Position numbers and translations under genes: made by a program. From an uncultured Ruminococcus sp. (lineage in GTDB: Bacteria; Bacillota; Clostridia; Oscillospirales; CAG-272), in contig CACZAZ010000006.1 in assembly GCA_902779285.1 (NCBI GenBank), positions 7,705 through 71,704 of the forward strand: a DNA stretch of 64,000 nucleotides. The letters are read 5' to 3'. Shown piece by piece: positions 1 to 8,267 of the stretch; within the stretch, counting starts at the first letter, position 1; every line of letters begins with the position of its first letter. A model generated the notes under the pieces. That model worked only from the letters and a program-made list of their open reading frames with translations, had not been told where the DNA came from and did no database searches.

Positions 1-1046
1 TGCGGGTGATGGACGTTATACCTTTCAATATGACCATGATGGACGAAAAAGCGTCCAGACTGGCGCCCGCGATCATCGGAGCGGACGAGGAACTCGGCGC
101 GGGCGAGGAACTCACGCCCCGGTTCTTCGACCTCGTGGAAACGGGCGGATGGACCTGGGACGTCCTCGGCAAACTCTGCGAGGCGGCGTGGGTCGATACC
201 GACGGCGACGGACAGGATTCGATCGACGACGTTCTCGGCATCATCGCCGACGGATACGGCGGGATCAACGCCGCCAGCTTCGTCTACTGTTGCGGCGAGC
301 CGCTGACCGAGTTATATACGATCGAGGACGAGTCGAGCCCCTATAACGGTCAACAATGGATCAAGTTCCGCAACGATTCGTCGGGGCTCAACCGGATCTA
401 CGACGCAGTGAAGAGCGTCTTCGAGGGCTCCGGCTCCCTGACGACGAGCCATCCCTTTGGCGGCAACTCGCCCGCGCAGCCGGGCGCCACGTACCACCAC
501 ACCAAGTTCGGCGCCGGCGAAATACTGTTCGGAGGCATCTGCACGCTCGGGGCGCTCGAGGACGAGGCGTTCCAGAATATGACCGACCTCTACTCGGTGG
601 TCCCCTGTCCGAAACTTGACGAAACGGGCTCGTATAACACGATCATCATCAACCAGGGCGACGTCGGCGTGATCAACGTCAACGCCAATCCCCGCAAGGC
701 GAGGGTCCTCTCGGCGTTCATCCAGTACTGCACCGAGAATTCCGGCGAGATCCGCGAACAGTTCCTGCAGATCGTGACCAAATACAAGACCACGACCTAC
801 AACCAGGGCACCGACCGGATGCTCGAGATCATCTACAACGGCGTCCTCTACGGGCGCGACAAGCAGGTCGACGACCTGAACAAAGACCCGCGCTGGCACC
901 GGATCATGATGTCGGAGAAATTCGTCGCGGGATCAGACGTCATCTCGCAGCGGTACGCCGCCGCCCTCTCCCAGAAGCAGGCGCTGCTCGATAGCGTTAT
1001 GAAGACCTGGTACACGCTACCGAAATCCGAACCCGCGGCAAACTGA
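1..1046 (+). CDS. SBP-like lipoprotein paralog, 5'-truncated by the window edge
   Basis: The frame is open from position 3 with no upstream stop. It is colinear with the C-terminal two thirds of the 1279-3006 and 23948-25657 products (VIPFNMTMMD, WVDTDGDGQDSIDDVLGI, YNQGTDRML, KTWYTLPK). Confidence 0.85.
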   Translation, partial: RVMDVIPFNMTMMDEKASRLAPAIIGADEELGAGEELTPRFFDLVETGGWTWDVLGKLCEAAWVDTDGDGQDSIDDVLGIIADGYGGINAASFVYCCGEPLTELYTIEDESSPYNGQQWIKFRNDSSGLNRIYDAVKSVFEGSGSLTTSHPFGGNSPAQPGATYHHTKFGAGEILFGGICTLGALEDEAFQNMTDLYSVVPCPKLDETGSYNTIIINQGDVGVINVNANPRKARVLSAFIQYCTENSGEIREQFLQIVTKYKTTTYNQGTDRMLEIIYNGVLYGRDKQVDDLNKDPRWHRIMMSEKFVAGSDVISQRYAAALSQKQALLDSVMKTWYTLPKSEPAAN

Positions 1047-1151
1047 CCCGATCCCCTCCCCGCTTTCCGGGGGTCGGCGGGCTCATTGCACAATGTTCGG
1101 ACCGAATTCTTGCTCAATTTACTCATTTGTAGTCAAAAACGGTCAAATCTA

Positions 1152-1180
1152 TTGCTTTTTTAAAATGCGTGCGGTAGAAT
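1152..1180 (+). promoter_or_regulatory. sigma-A type promoter for 1279-3006
   Basis: TTGCTT (1152-1157), exact 17-nt spacer, TAGAAT (1175-1180). Confidence 0.5.
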
Positions 1181-1278
1181 TATATCATTGGGAGAACTGT
1201 CGGCGGGAGCGTGCCGCAAGGTCAAACCGTTCCGCTCGCACCGAAAACGAACGTCCCGAATCAAAAAGGAGAAATCGT

Positions 1279-3006
1279 ATGAAAAAGAGAATCGTATCCC
1301 TGCTCCTGATCCTGTGTACCGTCTTCTCGATCCTCGCGCTCGCGTCTTGCGGTAAGGACGGCGATAAAGCGGAAACGACGGCGCAGGCGGCGCCCGGCGC
1401 GACCGAGACCGAAACGGAAGCAACGACCGTCGAGGTCACCACCGACAAGTGGGAAGAACTCGCGGAGAACGTCACGATGATCACGGAGCGCGACCGCAAA
1501 CTGAAGATCGCGATCGACATCAGCCGCAACGGTGTGAAAACGTCGAAAAACGACACGTACCTGAAGGGTCCCGACGAAGTCGTGGCAGACCTCACGCCCG
1601 AGATCGAAGTGATGGTCTACGAGCGGAACAAGGCGGCGAAAGACCTGTTCGGGCTGACGATCACGTACGAAACCTGGTCCGAATACTACGAGAAGCAGGC
1701 GCCGAAGATCGACACCCTGGTCAAGGGGAACGCCGAGGACGCCCCCGATCTGTTCGTCTGTCTGCTCTACGACCTGAACCTGGAACTTCTGAACGGATCG
1801 TTCAAGGATATCTGGTCGCTCCCCGGCTCGTTCTTCGATTTTTCGACCGAGGGCTGGCTGGAAGTGTGGATGGAGAATATGTCGCTCACCGGCGACCGCG
1901 CCTACGTCCTCGGCGGCGACTATTTCCTCGAACTTCTCCGCTCGGTGATGGTCGTCCCCTTCAATATGGATCTGATGGACGCGAACGCCTCCAAACTCGC
2001 TCCGATCATTCTGAAAGAGGGTGATTCGCTCGGTGCGGGCGAAGAACTCACGACCTACTTCTTCGACCTCGTGGACGAGGGTCGCTGGACCTTCGACGTG
2101 CTCGGCAAACTCTGCGAGGCGATCTGGGCCGACACCGACGGCGACGGGAACGACTCGATCGGCGATACGCTCGGCATCATCGCGGACGAGTACGGAGGAA
2201 AGACCGCGGTCGGTTTCATCTATTCCTGCGGCACTCCGCTGACCGAGCAGTACGTCGTCGAGGACGAGTTGAGCGCGTATAACGGCAAACAATGGATCAG
2301 ATACGCCGCCAGTTCCGAAGACGCGGGGCTGAACGACATCTTCGACGCGGTGTCGAAGGTGTTCAAGGGTAAAGGTTCCCTCTCGACCAGCGCCACCCAC
2401 TCCAGCAACACGCCCGAGGCGCCCGGTAAGGCGTATCACCTGACGAAGTTCGCCCAGAACGAAATTCTCTTCCTCGGCGCCGATCTGCTCGGCGACCTGG
2501 AGGACGACAAGATCAAGCAGATGACCTACCTGTATTCGGTGGTCCCCTGCCCCAAGATCGACGCCGACAAGGACACGGATTATAACACGATCATCGACAA
2601 CACCGGCGACGCGGGCGCCATCAACGTCAATACCAATCCCCGCAAGGCAAGAGCCCTCTCCGCGTACATCCAGTACTGCACCGAACATTCCGCCCATATC
2701 CGCGATGAGTTCCTGCAGATCGTGACCAAGTACAGGACCACGACCTACAACCAGGGCACCGACCGGATGCTCGACATCATCTACGAGGGCATCCTCTACG
2801 GGCGCGACAAGGCGGTCGACGATCTGTTCGGCGTGATCGATCGTACCAACCGCTGGCACGATCTGATGAAGCACGAGGATCACGAAGGCGACTCCGGTTA
2901 CATCTCGTCGAAGTACGAAGCGGTCGTCGCGTCCAAGCAGGCTCGGCTCGACAATATGCTGAAGACCTGGTACACGCTGCCGAAGGTCGAACCCACGGCG
3001 AACTGA
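1279..3006 (+). CDS. extracellular solute-binding-protein-like lipoprotein (large LplA-like family 1 type)
   Basis: ATG at 1279 is preceded by AAAGGAG. Signal peptide with lipobox LALASC. The T/A/E-rich linker and the WxFD...DTDGDGNDSIGD motif are typical of large sugar SBPs. The upstream part of the tracked ORF (1093-1278) has no RBS. Confidence 0.8.
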   Translation: MKKRIVSLLLILCTVFSILALASCGKDGDKAETTAQAAPGATETETEATTVEVTTDKWEELAENVTMITERDRKLKIAIDISRNGVKTSKNDTYLKGPDEVVADLTPEIEVMVYERNKAAKDLFGLTITYETWSEYYEKQAPKIDTLVKGNAEDAPDLFVCLLYDLNLELLNGSFKDIWSLPGSFFDFSTEGWLEVWMENMSLTGDRAYVLGGDYFLELLRSVMVVPFNMDLMDANASKLAPIILKEGDSLGAGEELTTYFFDLVDEGRWTFDVLGKLCEAIWADTDGDGNDSIGDTLGIIADEYGGKTAVGFIYSCGTPLTEQYVVEDELSAYNGKQWIRYAASSEDAGLNDIFDAVSKVFKGKGSLSTSATHSSNTPEAPGKAYHLTKFAQNEILFLGADLLGDLEDDKIKQMTYLYSVVPCPKIDADKDTDYNTIIDNTGDAGAINVNTNPRKARALSAYIQYCTEHSAHIRDEFLQIVTKYRTTTYNQGTDRMLDIIYEGILYGRDKAVDDLFGVIDRTNRWHDLMKHEDHEGDSGYISSKYEAVVASKQARLDNMLKTWYTLPKVEPTAN

Positions 3007-3017
3007 CCGACGTTTTC

Positions 3018-3049
3018 AAAAAAGCGCCCGCTCCGGCGGGCGCTTTTTT
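3018..3049 (+). terminator. rho-independent terminator (bidirectional shape)
   Basis: GCGCCCGC (3024-3031), loop TCCG, GCGGGCGC (3036-3043), then TTTTTT. An A-run lies upstream. Confidence 0.8.
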
Positions 3050-3085
3050 GAATGATATCCGCTCGCTTCAGGCGTCCTATATGCG

Positions 3086-3197
3086 CAATTCACGAACGGC
3101 GCAGCCGTTCAATTCACGCCGCGAAGCGGCAATTCACGCGGTGCGTCGCACCGCAATTCATGCCCGCAGGGCAATTCATTCTCTTTTCGTGAATTAA
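3086..3197. repeat. Array A: five copies of CAATTCA(C/T)(G/T), each separated by a different perfect mini-hairpin
   Basis: Words start at 3086, 3110, 3130, 3154 and 3172. The separators are AACGGC-gca-GCCGTT, CCGC-gaa-GCGG, CGGTGC-gtc-GCACCG and CCC-gca-GGG. An inverted word GTGAATT lies at 3189-3195. Confidence 0.9.
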
Positions 3198-3221
3198 CGG
3201 CGTCAGCCGGCACGCCGCCCC

Positions 3222-3250
3222 TTGACAGATCGGGAAAGATAAGGTATGAT
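3222..3250 (+). promoter_or_regulatory. sigma-A type promoter for 3318-5051
   Basis: TTGACA (3222-3227), 17-nt spacer, TATGAT (3245-3250). Confidence 0.6.
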
Positions 3251-3317
3251 AAATGCGACGGGTCATTCTCTCCGCTGCGCGGGGAGCGGACCACGAACGT
3301 AGGGTAGGAAAAACGGA

Positions 3318-5051
3318 ATGAAAAAGTATTTTCGAGGCGGAAGCATCGTCGTCGTCGGAAAATATCACGAGGAAGTGATCTACGACGTGCTCTCGAACGA
3401 TCTGCAAGTTACCTTTGACGGCAAGGGCGGGATCGCGGAGTGTACGTCGAGCACGCAAACGGGCGCGCACGCTCTGACGAGTACGGCGAGCGTTTATTCC
3501 GGCAAGAAAAAAATCGACGCGTTCTGCGAGAAGAGCGTCAAAATGATCGGGCGGACGCAGACGATCGTTCTGAAAACGGGCGACGTCAGGATCACGATCT
3601 ATCAGTTCGTTCCGGCAAAAGAGCGGGCGATCTTCTACGAGATCTCTGCGAACAAAGCGGGCGACTACGATTTCGTTCTAGATCTGGATCACAGGAGAAC
3701 GACCCGGTTCGACTTCGCCGCGAACGTCGAAAGCCGGTTCGTTCCCGAAAGCGCGTTGCTCTACGTTCACACGAATAAAAGAGCGCGGCTGGTTCTTTCC
3801 TGCGGTACCGACGCTGCCTACTGCCGCAGATTGCTGCCCCGTTTCGCCGAGTTCGAGGGGCAGGTCGAGGACGAGATCGCGAGTGTGAAGATCCCCGCGA
3901 CAGCGAGAAGCGAAAAGGACAAAGCCGTCTATACGTCAAGTTACCTTTGCGCGCTCGAGAACTATACGGAGATCGGGGACTACAAGTGCTTTTCCGAGAG
4001 CGTCGACCGAACCTATTTCCGCGACTCCTACTGGACGGTCCTGCCCATGTATAAGAGCCGTCCCGATCTCGTCCGGTGTCAGATTCTGACGCTCGCGCAC
4101 GGCGTCGAGGAGAACGGGGACTGTCCCGCCGCCGTGACGGTTGAATGGAACCCGTTTTTCCGCAATCAGTACGACAGCCCGAGTTTCTTCGTTTTGATGG
4201 TCTACGACTATATCAATCACACCGGCGACTTTTCGATCCTTGACGAAACGGTGAGGGGAAGAACGGTTTTCGATTGGTGCGCGTTGGCAGTCGACAAACT
4301 CGCCCTTTACGAGGACGAAACCCACCTGATCGTCAAAGCGGGGCCCCACAACAATCGCGACTGGGCGAACGAGGTCAACCGGACGGGCTACGTTACGTAC
4401 GTCGAACTCCTCTACGCCCGCGCCCTCGAGTGCCTCTCCCGCATTGCCGGAACGCGCGACGCCTCGCGCGCCCGCCGCTATCGCGCGATGTACGAACGGA
4501 CCAAAACCGCGATCAACGCCCTGCTCTGGGACGACGAAAAGGGATACTACGTCAACTACAGGGACGGCGATTTCGTCGAGGACAATCTTTCGGTCGACAC
4601 GATCCTCGCCGTCTTGTTCGGGATCGCGGATAAGGATAAGACCGAGCGGCTGCTCGACAACGTTTCGGCGATCCTCGAGAGCCGGAACAATAAGAGCCAA
4701 GGGGCGGGCGACTTCGGCGTGATGTGCGTTTATCCCTTCTACCGCGGATTGGGCAGGACTTTTCACAGAAATCTGCAGGACTACAAGTTCCACAACGGCG
4801 CCGTCTGGCCGTATTGGTCGGCGCTGGTCGCCTACGCGCAATTGATGCACGGACGGGATTATACTTACGCCCTGACTTCCTCTTTCGATTGGAGCGTCAA
4901 ACACGGGAGTTACACCCCGGTCGAATACTATTCGCCGCTTCATCCGTGCGGCGGGTGTCCGCAGGCGAGCGACGGCGACGTCGCGTGGGTTTACGATTGG
5001 AGGGACGGCGACTTTTTCAAGGAAAACGAAACCGTCTGGGGGACGAAATAA
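3318..5051 (+). CDS. six-hairpin (alpha/alpha)6 glycoside hydrolase, glycogen-debranching/GDE_C-like
   Basis: 577-aa ORF. Motifs FRDSYWT, YDSPSFFVLMVYDY, NRDWANEV and FHNGAVWPYW resemble amylo-alpha-1,6-glucosidase-type catalytic domains. It is a paralog of 8268-10013. Confidence 0.7.
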   Translation: MKKYFRGGSIVVVGKYHEEVIYDVLSNDLQVTFDGKGGIAECTSSTQTGAHALTSTASVYSGKKKIDAFCEKSVKMIGRTQTIVLKTGDVRITIYQFVPAKERAIFYEISANKAGDYDFVLDLDHRRTTRFDFAANVESRFVPESALLYVHTNKRARLVLSCGTDAAYCRRLLPRFAEFEGQVEDEIASVKIPATARSEKDKAVYTSSYLCALENYTEIGDYKCFSESVDRTYFRDSYWTVLPMYKSRPDLVRCQILTLAHGVEENGDCPAAVTVEWNPFFRNQYDSPSFFVLMVYDYINHTGDFSILDETVRGRTVFDWCALAVDKLALYEDETHLIVKAGPHNNRDWANEVNRTGYVTYVELLYARALECLSRIAGTRDASRARRYRAMYERTKTAINALLWDDEKGYYVNYRDGDFVEDNLSVDTILAVLFGIADKDKTERLLDNVSAILESRNNKSQGAGDFGVMCVYPFYRGLGRTFHRNLQDYKFHNGAVWPYWSALVAYAQLMHGRDYTYALTSSFDWSVKHGSYTPVEYYSPLHPCGGCPQASDGDVAWVYDWRDGDFFKENETVWGTK

Positions 5052-5072
5052 AAAGGAATTCCGAAACGGAAC

Positions 5073-5111
5073 GGAGACGAGAGCCGACGAGGCGAATCGT
5101 CTCCTTTTTTT
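5073..5111 (+). terminator. rho-independent terminator
   Basis: GGAGACGA (5073-5080) pairs with TCGTCTCC (5097-5104), followed by TTTTTTT. Confidence 0.8.
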
Positions 5112-5208
5112 ATCGGAACCGCTCCGAACCGGTCGGATCAACAGCCGGATCCGATCAATACCATTCTCGGGAAACCATCGGGAACGGCGTTGCGTCGGAT
5201 AGTTTATA

Positions 5209-5239
5209 TTGCACAATTATCAGAACGCAGATTGTGCAA
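5209..5239. promoter_or_regulatory. inverted repeat TTGCACAAT-N13-ATTGTGCAA, candidate operator
   Basis: Perfect 9-bp arms at 5209-5217 and 5231-5239, about 125 nt upstream of the 5363 lipoprotein gene. ATTGCACAAT also occurs at 1085-1094, upstream of the 1279 gene. Confidence 0.4.
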
Positions 5240-5362
5240 CACGACGATTTTTTCTTTGAAAACGCGCGCAGTATTGTTTTTTTGAAATTGCGGTGCTATA
5301 ATAAGGGCAAAGGGGGAGCCTTTCGCTTTTACCTTGACAAATAAAAAAAGGAGAAAAAACCC

Positions 5363-6640
5363 ATGAAGAAAACACTTGCACTGATTCTTGCGCTCGTTAT
5401 GGTCGCGTTTGCGTTCGCGTCCTGCGGAAAGAAGAATGCTGACGCGACCACCGCCGCCGGGACGACCGCCGCCGGGACTGCGGCAGCGCAAACGACCGCC
5501 GCCGAGACGACCGCCGCTCCGACCCAACCCACGTGCCAACACGTCCCCGAAGATATGTGGCGCGTTACCACTCCCGCGACCTGCTCCACCCCCGGCGTTG
5601 AGAAGCTGTACTGCAAAGAGTGCGGCGAGGAGCTTCAGGAACGTCCGATCGAGATCGATCCCAACGCGCACAAGGTCGACGAATGGACTGTGACCGAGGC
5701 TGCCAATATGCTTAACCCGACCGGCAGCCGCACCGGCGTGTGTACGCTCTGTCAAAACAACGTTGTCGAGGATATTCTCTGGGAGGGACCGACCATCAAG
5801 GCGTTCGACTCCATTTCGGAAAGGTACGGGATGGCTGAAGTGAAGCTTGAGGACGTTCGCGGCGACGACCACTTCTACCCGACCGAGGTGAATCCTGAGG
5901 GCAAAGATCTGTACGTCGAGTTCTCGATCCTCTGGAACGAGACGGTCCTGAACTTTGCCGGAGCCAACGATGGTGACACTAAAGACGATCCCTACATGGT
6001 CGGACGTTTTTACGACGGAAAACCGTTCTACTACCTCTCCCCCGTTCCCGGTATGGACTATAGCGACGCCAACTTCTCCGGCGCGTTCGAGTGGACGGGG
6101 AACTTCGCGACGACGATCTCCGACTCCGAAGTGACCACGCCGGCGACCATGTGCGGCGCGGCTCCGAACTACTCCGACTATCCGAACATCGCGGGTACCG
6201 ACGAGGCGAACCCCGAATACGGCTGGCACCGCTTCGGCATCCGGTATCATCTGGACCTGCTCGACGGCAAAACGGGTGCAGATCTGAAAGACTACGTCGG
6301 AATCGTCACCGCTTTCGTCGACGGCACCGCGATCTTTAAAATGTCGACCGGCAGCGACGGTATGCAGAACTGGGAATCCATGCTGTTCAAAGCCGAATCC
6401 GACGGTGAGGGCGGCATCGTTTACAGCGACGCCGGGGACATCGTCGTCCCGTTCATTATGAACAAGTCGAACACGAAGGCGGACACGGTCGCTTACCTCG
6501 CATTCGCCGACGTGTACGTAACCTGCGGCACGGACTTCGTGATGAAGGTCGAGAAGGTTGCTTCTCCCGAAGCCGATACGCTCGAAGTTGCCGAGGGCGT
6601 CGAGATCCCGGCTCCCGTCTACTTCAAACTCGCAGACTGA
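5363..6640 (+). CDS. lipoprotein of unknown function with two H..W..ATC..G..CxxC Cys-motif repeats
   Basis: RBS AAAGGAG. Signal peptide with lipobox FAFASC. T/A-rich linker, two Cys4-type motifs (CQHV...CSTPG...CKEC and HKVDEW...CTLC), then a domain of about 300 aa with no family I recognise. Confidence 0.8.
   Translation: MKKTLALILALVMVAFAFASCGKKNADATTAAGTTAAGTAAAQTTAAETTAAPTQPTCQHVPEDMWRVTTPATCSTPGVEKLYCKECGEELQERPIEIDPNAHKVDEWTVTEAANMLNPTGSRTGVCTLCQNNVVEDILWEGPTIKAFDSISERYGMAEVKLEDVRGDDHFYPTEVNPEGKDLYVEFSILWNETVLNFAGANDGDTKDDPYMVGRFYDGKPFYYLSPVPGMDYSDANFSGAFEWTGNFATTISDSEVTTPATMCGAAPNYSDYPNIAGTDEANPEYGWHRFGIRYHLDLLDGKTGADLKDYVGIVTAFVDGTAIFKMSTGSDGMQNWESMLFKAESDGEGGIVYSDAGDIVVPFIMNKSNTKADTVAYLAFADVYVTCGTDFVMKVEKVASPEADTLEVAEGVEIPAPVYFKLAD
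5447..5521 (+). repeat. 15-nt tandem repeat (5 units) encoding the T/A-rich lipoprotein linker
   Basis: The units are ACCACCGCCGCCGGG, ACGACCGCCGCCGGG, ACTGCGGCAGCGCAA, ACGACCGCCGCCGAG and ACGACCGCCGCTCCG. They lie in frame inside 5363-6640. Confidence 0.7.
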
Positions 6641-6800
6641 TCATTTCTTGTAAAACGACCGGGGCTGCGCCGGACGGCTCTCTCCTCCTTTCCGTCCCCG
6701 ACAGCCCCGGGATTTCCGTTACGGCGGGAGCGCAGATTTGCGCTTCCGCTTCGTTTTGCGAGTGATCGGGCAATCCTCCGCAAAAACCGTCGCTTGCGTA

Positions 6801-6829
6801 TTGCTTTTTCACAACAATTGGTTTATAAT
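6801..6829 (+). promoter_or_regulatory. sigma-A type promoter for 6896-8239
   Basis: TTGCTT (6801-6806), 17-nt spacer, TATAAT (6824-6829). Confidence 0.6.
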
Positions 6830-6895
6830 AAAAAAGACCGCAAGAACAGAGTTCGACCCGCCTCGCCCACGGGCGGGAAAAGAAAGGATCCAGCT

Positions 6896-8239
6896 ATGAA
6901 ACTCCATTTTGATTTTGCGAAAACGACGGGAAAGATCAAGCCGATGCACGCCGTCGGGCAGCCCCCCGCGGATATCTCGGACGACGGGATCGAACACTCG
7001 ATGTTTCACTATCTGACCGAGGCGAATATCCCCTATTGCCGTATGCACGACACCTGCGGGAATTACGGGGCGAACGTGTTCGTCGACGTTCCGAACCTCT
7101 TCCGCGATTTCGACGCCGACGAGAACGATCCCGCGTCCTACGATTTCGCCTTCACCGACGCGCTGTTTGAGAAGATGGTCGAGGCGAAGCTCGAGCCCTA
7201 TTTCCGGCTCGGCGTGACCATCGAGAACGCGCACATGATCAAATCCTACCGCATCTTCCCGCCGAAGGACCCCGAAAAGTGGGCGCGGATCGCTGAACAT
7301 ATCGTCCGCCACTACAACGAGGGGTGGGCTGACGGCTATCGCTACGGCATCACCTACTGGGAGGTCTGGAACGAGCCGGATAACGAGGAATCGATCGAAC
7401 GGAACAATATGTGGAAGGGTACGAAGGAGCAGTACTACGACCTCTACGCCGCTACCGCGAAACGCCTGAAAGCGTGCTTCGGAGACACGATCAAGGTCGG
7501 CGGCTACGCGAACACGGGACTCTACCTCGGCTATATGGAGCAGGACGAGAAGTACAAGGAACCGCACGAGGTCACACATTGGGAAGAGCGCGCGATCTAC
7601 CACACCGAATTCCTGCGCGGCTTCCTTCGCCGCGTCAAGCGCGATAACCTCCCGCTCGACTTCTTCTCGCACCACAGTTATCTGTCGGTCGAGCGCACCA
7701 AACAGGTGCAGGCGTACGCCGAAAAGATCCTCGCGGAGGAGGGCTTCCCCGATATCGAGATCCACCTCAACGAGTGGAACACCGACCGCACGCTCGAGAC
7801 CCGCGGAACGACGAGAGCGGCGGCGGACGTGACCGCGATGATGATCGCGATGCAGGCGACGAAAATGTCCCTGATGTGCTACTACGACGCGCGTTTCAGC
7901 ACCAGCGTTTACGCGGGATTTTTCAATCCCCTGACCGAAAAGCCCTTCTGCACCCTTTACGCATTCACGGCGTTCGGCAAGCTCTACGCCCTCGGGCAGG
8001 AGGTCGAAACGACCGGCTCCGGTAAGGACGGGCTCTACGCGCTGGCGGCGACCGACGGGAAAACGCGCGGCGTGCTGATCACGAATATCGGAGACGAGAA
8101 GACCGTCGAAACCGACCTCGGCAGCGGCTATACCGCCTATCGGATCGACGAGAAGCATTTTCTGACCAAGACCCGCGTCTCGACCAAATCGATCAAACTC
8201 AAAAAGTACGACACGCTCTACCTCGAGAAGAACGGCTGA
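6896..8239 (+). CDS. TIM-barrel glycoside hydrolase, clan GH-A (GH39-like)
   Basis: ATG at 6896 after GAAAGGA. YWEVWNEPDN (acid/base region) and HLNEWN (nucleophile region) are typical of clan GH-A. No signal peptide. Confidence 0.6.
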   Translation: MKLHFDFAKTTGKIKPMHAVGQPPADISDDGIEHSMFHYLTEANIPYCRMHDTCGNYGANVFVDVPNLFRDFDADENDPASYDFAFTDALFEKMVEAKLEPYFRLGVTIENAHMIKSYRIFPPKDPEKWARIAEHIVRHYNEGWADGYRYGITYWEVWNEPDNEESIERNNMWKGTKEQYYDLYAATAKRLKACFGDTIKVGGYANTGLYLGYMEQDEKYKEPHEVTHWEERAIYHTEFLRGFLRRVKRDNLPLDFFSHHSYLSVERTKQVQAYAEKILAEEGFPDIEIHLNEWNTDRTLETRGTTRAAADVTAMMIAMQATKMSLMCYYDARFSTSVYAGFFNPLTEKPFCTLYAFTAFGKLYALGQEVETTGSGKDGLYALAATDGKTRGVLITNIGDEKTVETDLGSGYTAYRIDEKHFLTKTRVSTKSIKLKKYDTLYLEKNG

Positions 8240-8267
8240 TACGGCTCCGGGAAAAGGGATCAACGGT

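Noticed and set aside
1261-2883. 540-aa minus-strand ORF antisense to the SBP-like lipoprotein gene. Similar long antisense ORFs lie at 3936-5216, 6809-8263, 8199-9287, 10132-11508, 23846-25351, 26121-27590, 45453-47057, 53890-55407 and 56647-58032.
   Set aside because: High-GC DNA yields long stop-free antisense frames. The products are Arg/Gly/Pro/Asp-rich low-complexity sequences with no motifs, no RBS and no independent promoters. Each is fully overlapped by a gene with strong family signatures.
3086-3197. CRISPR interpretation of the word/hairpin arrays (also 27065-27182, 36263-36378 and 36839-36984).
   Set aside because: The constant units are only 6-9 nt. The 'spacers' are 9-35 nt and each is itself a perfect palindrome. 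There are only 3-5 units per array and no cas genes in the window. This does not fit CRISPR, and the arrays are reported as a separate repeat class instead.
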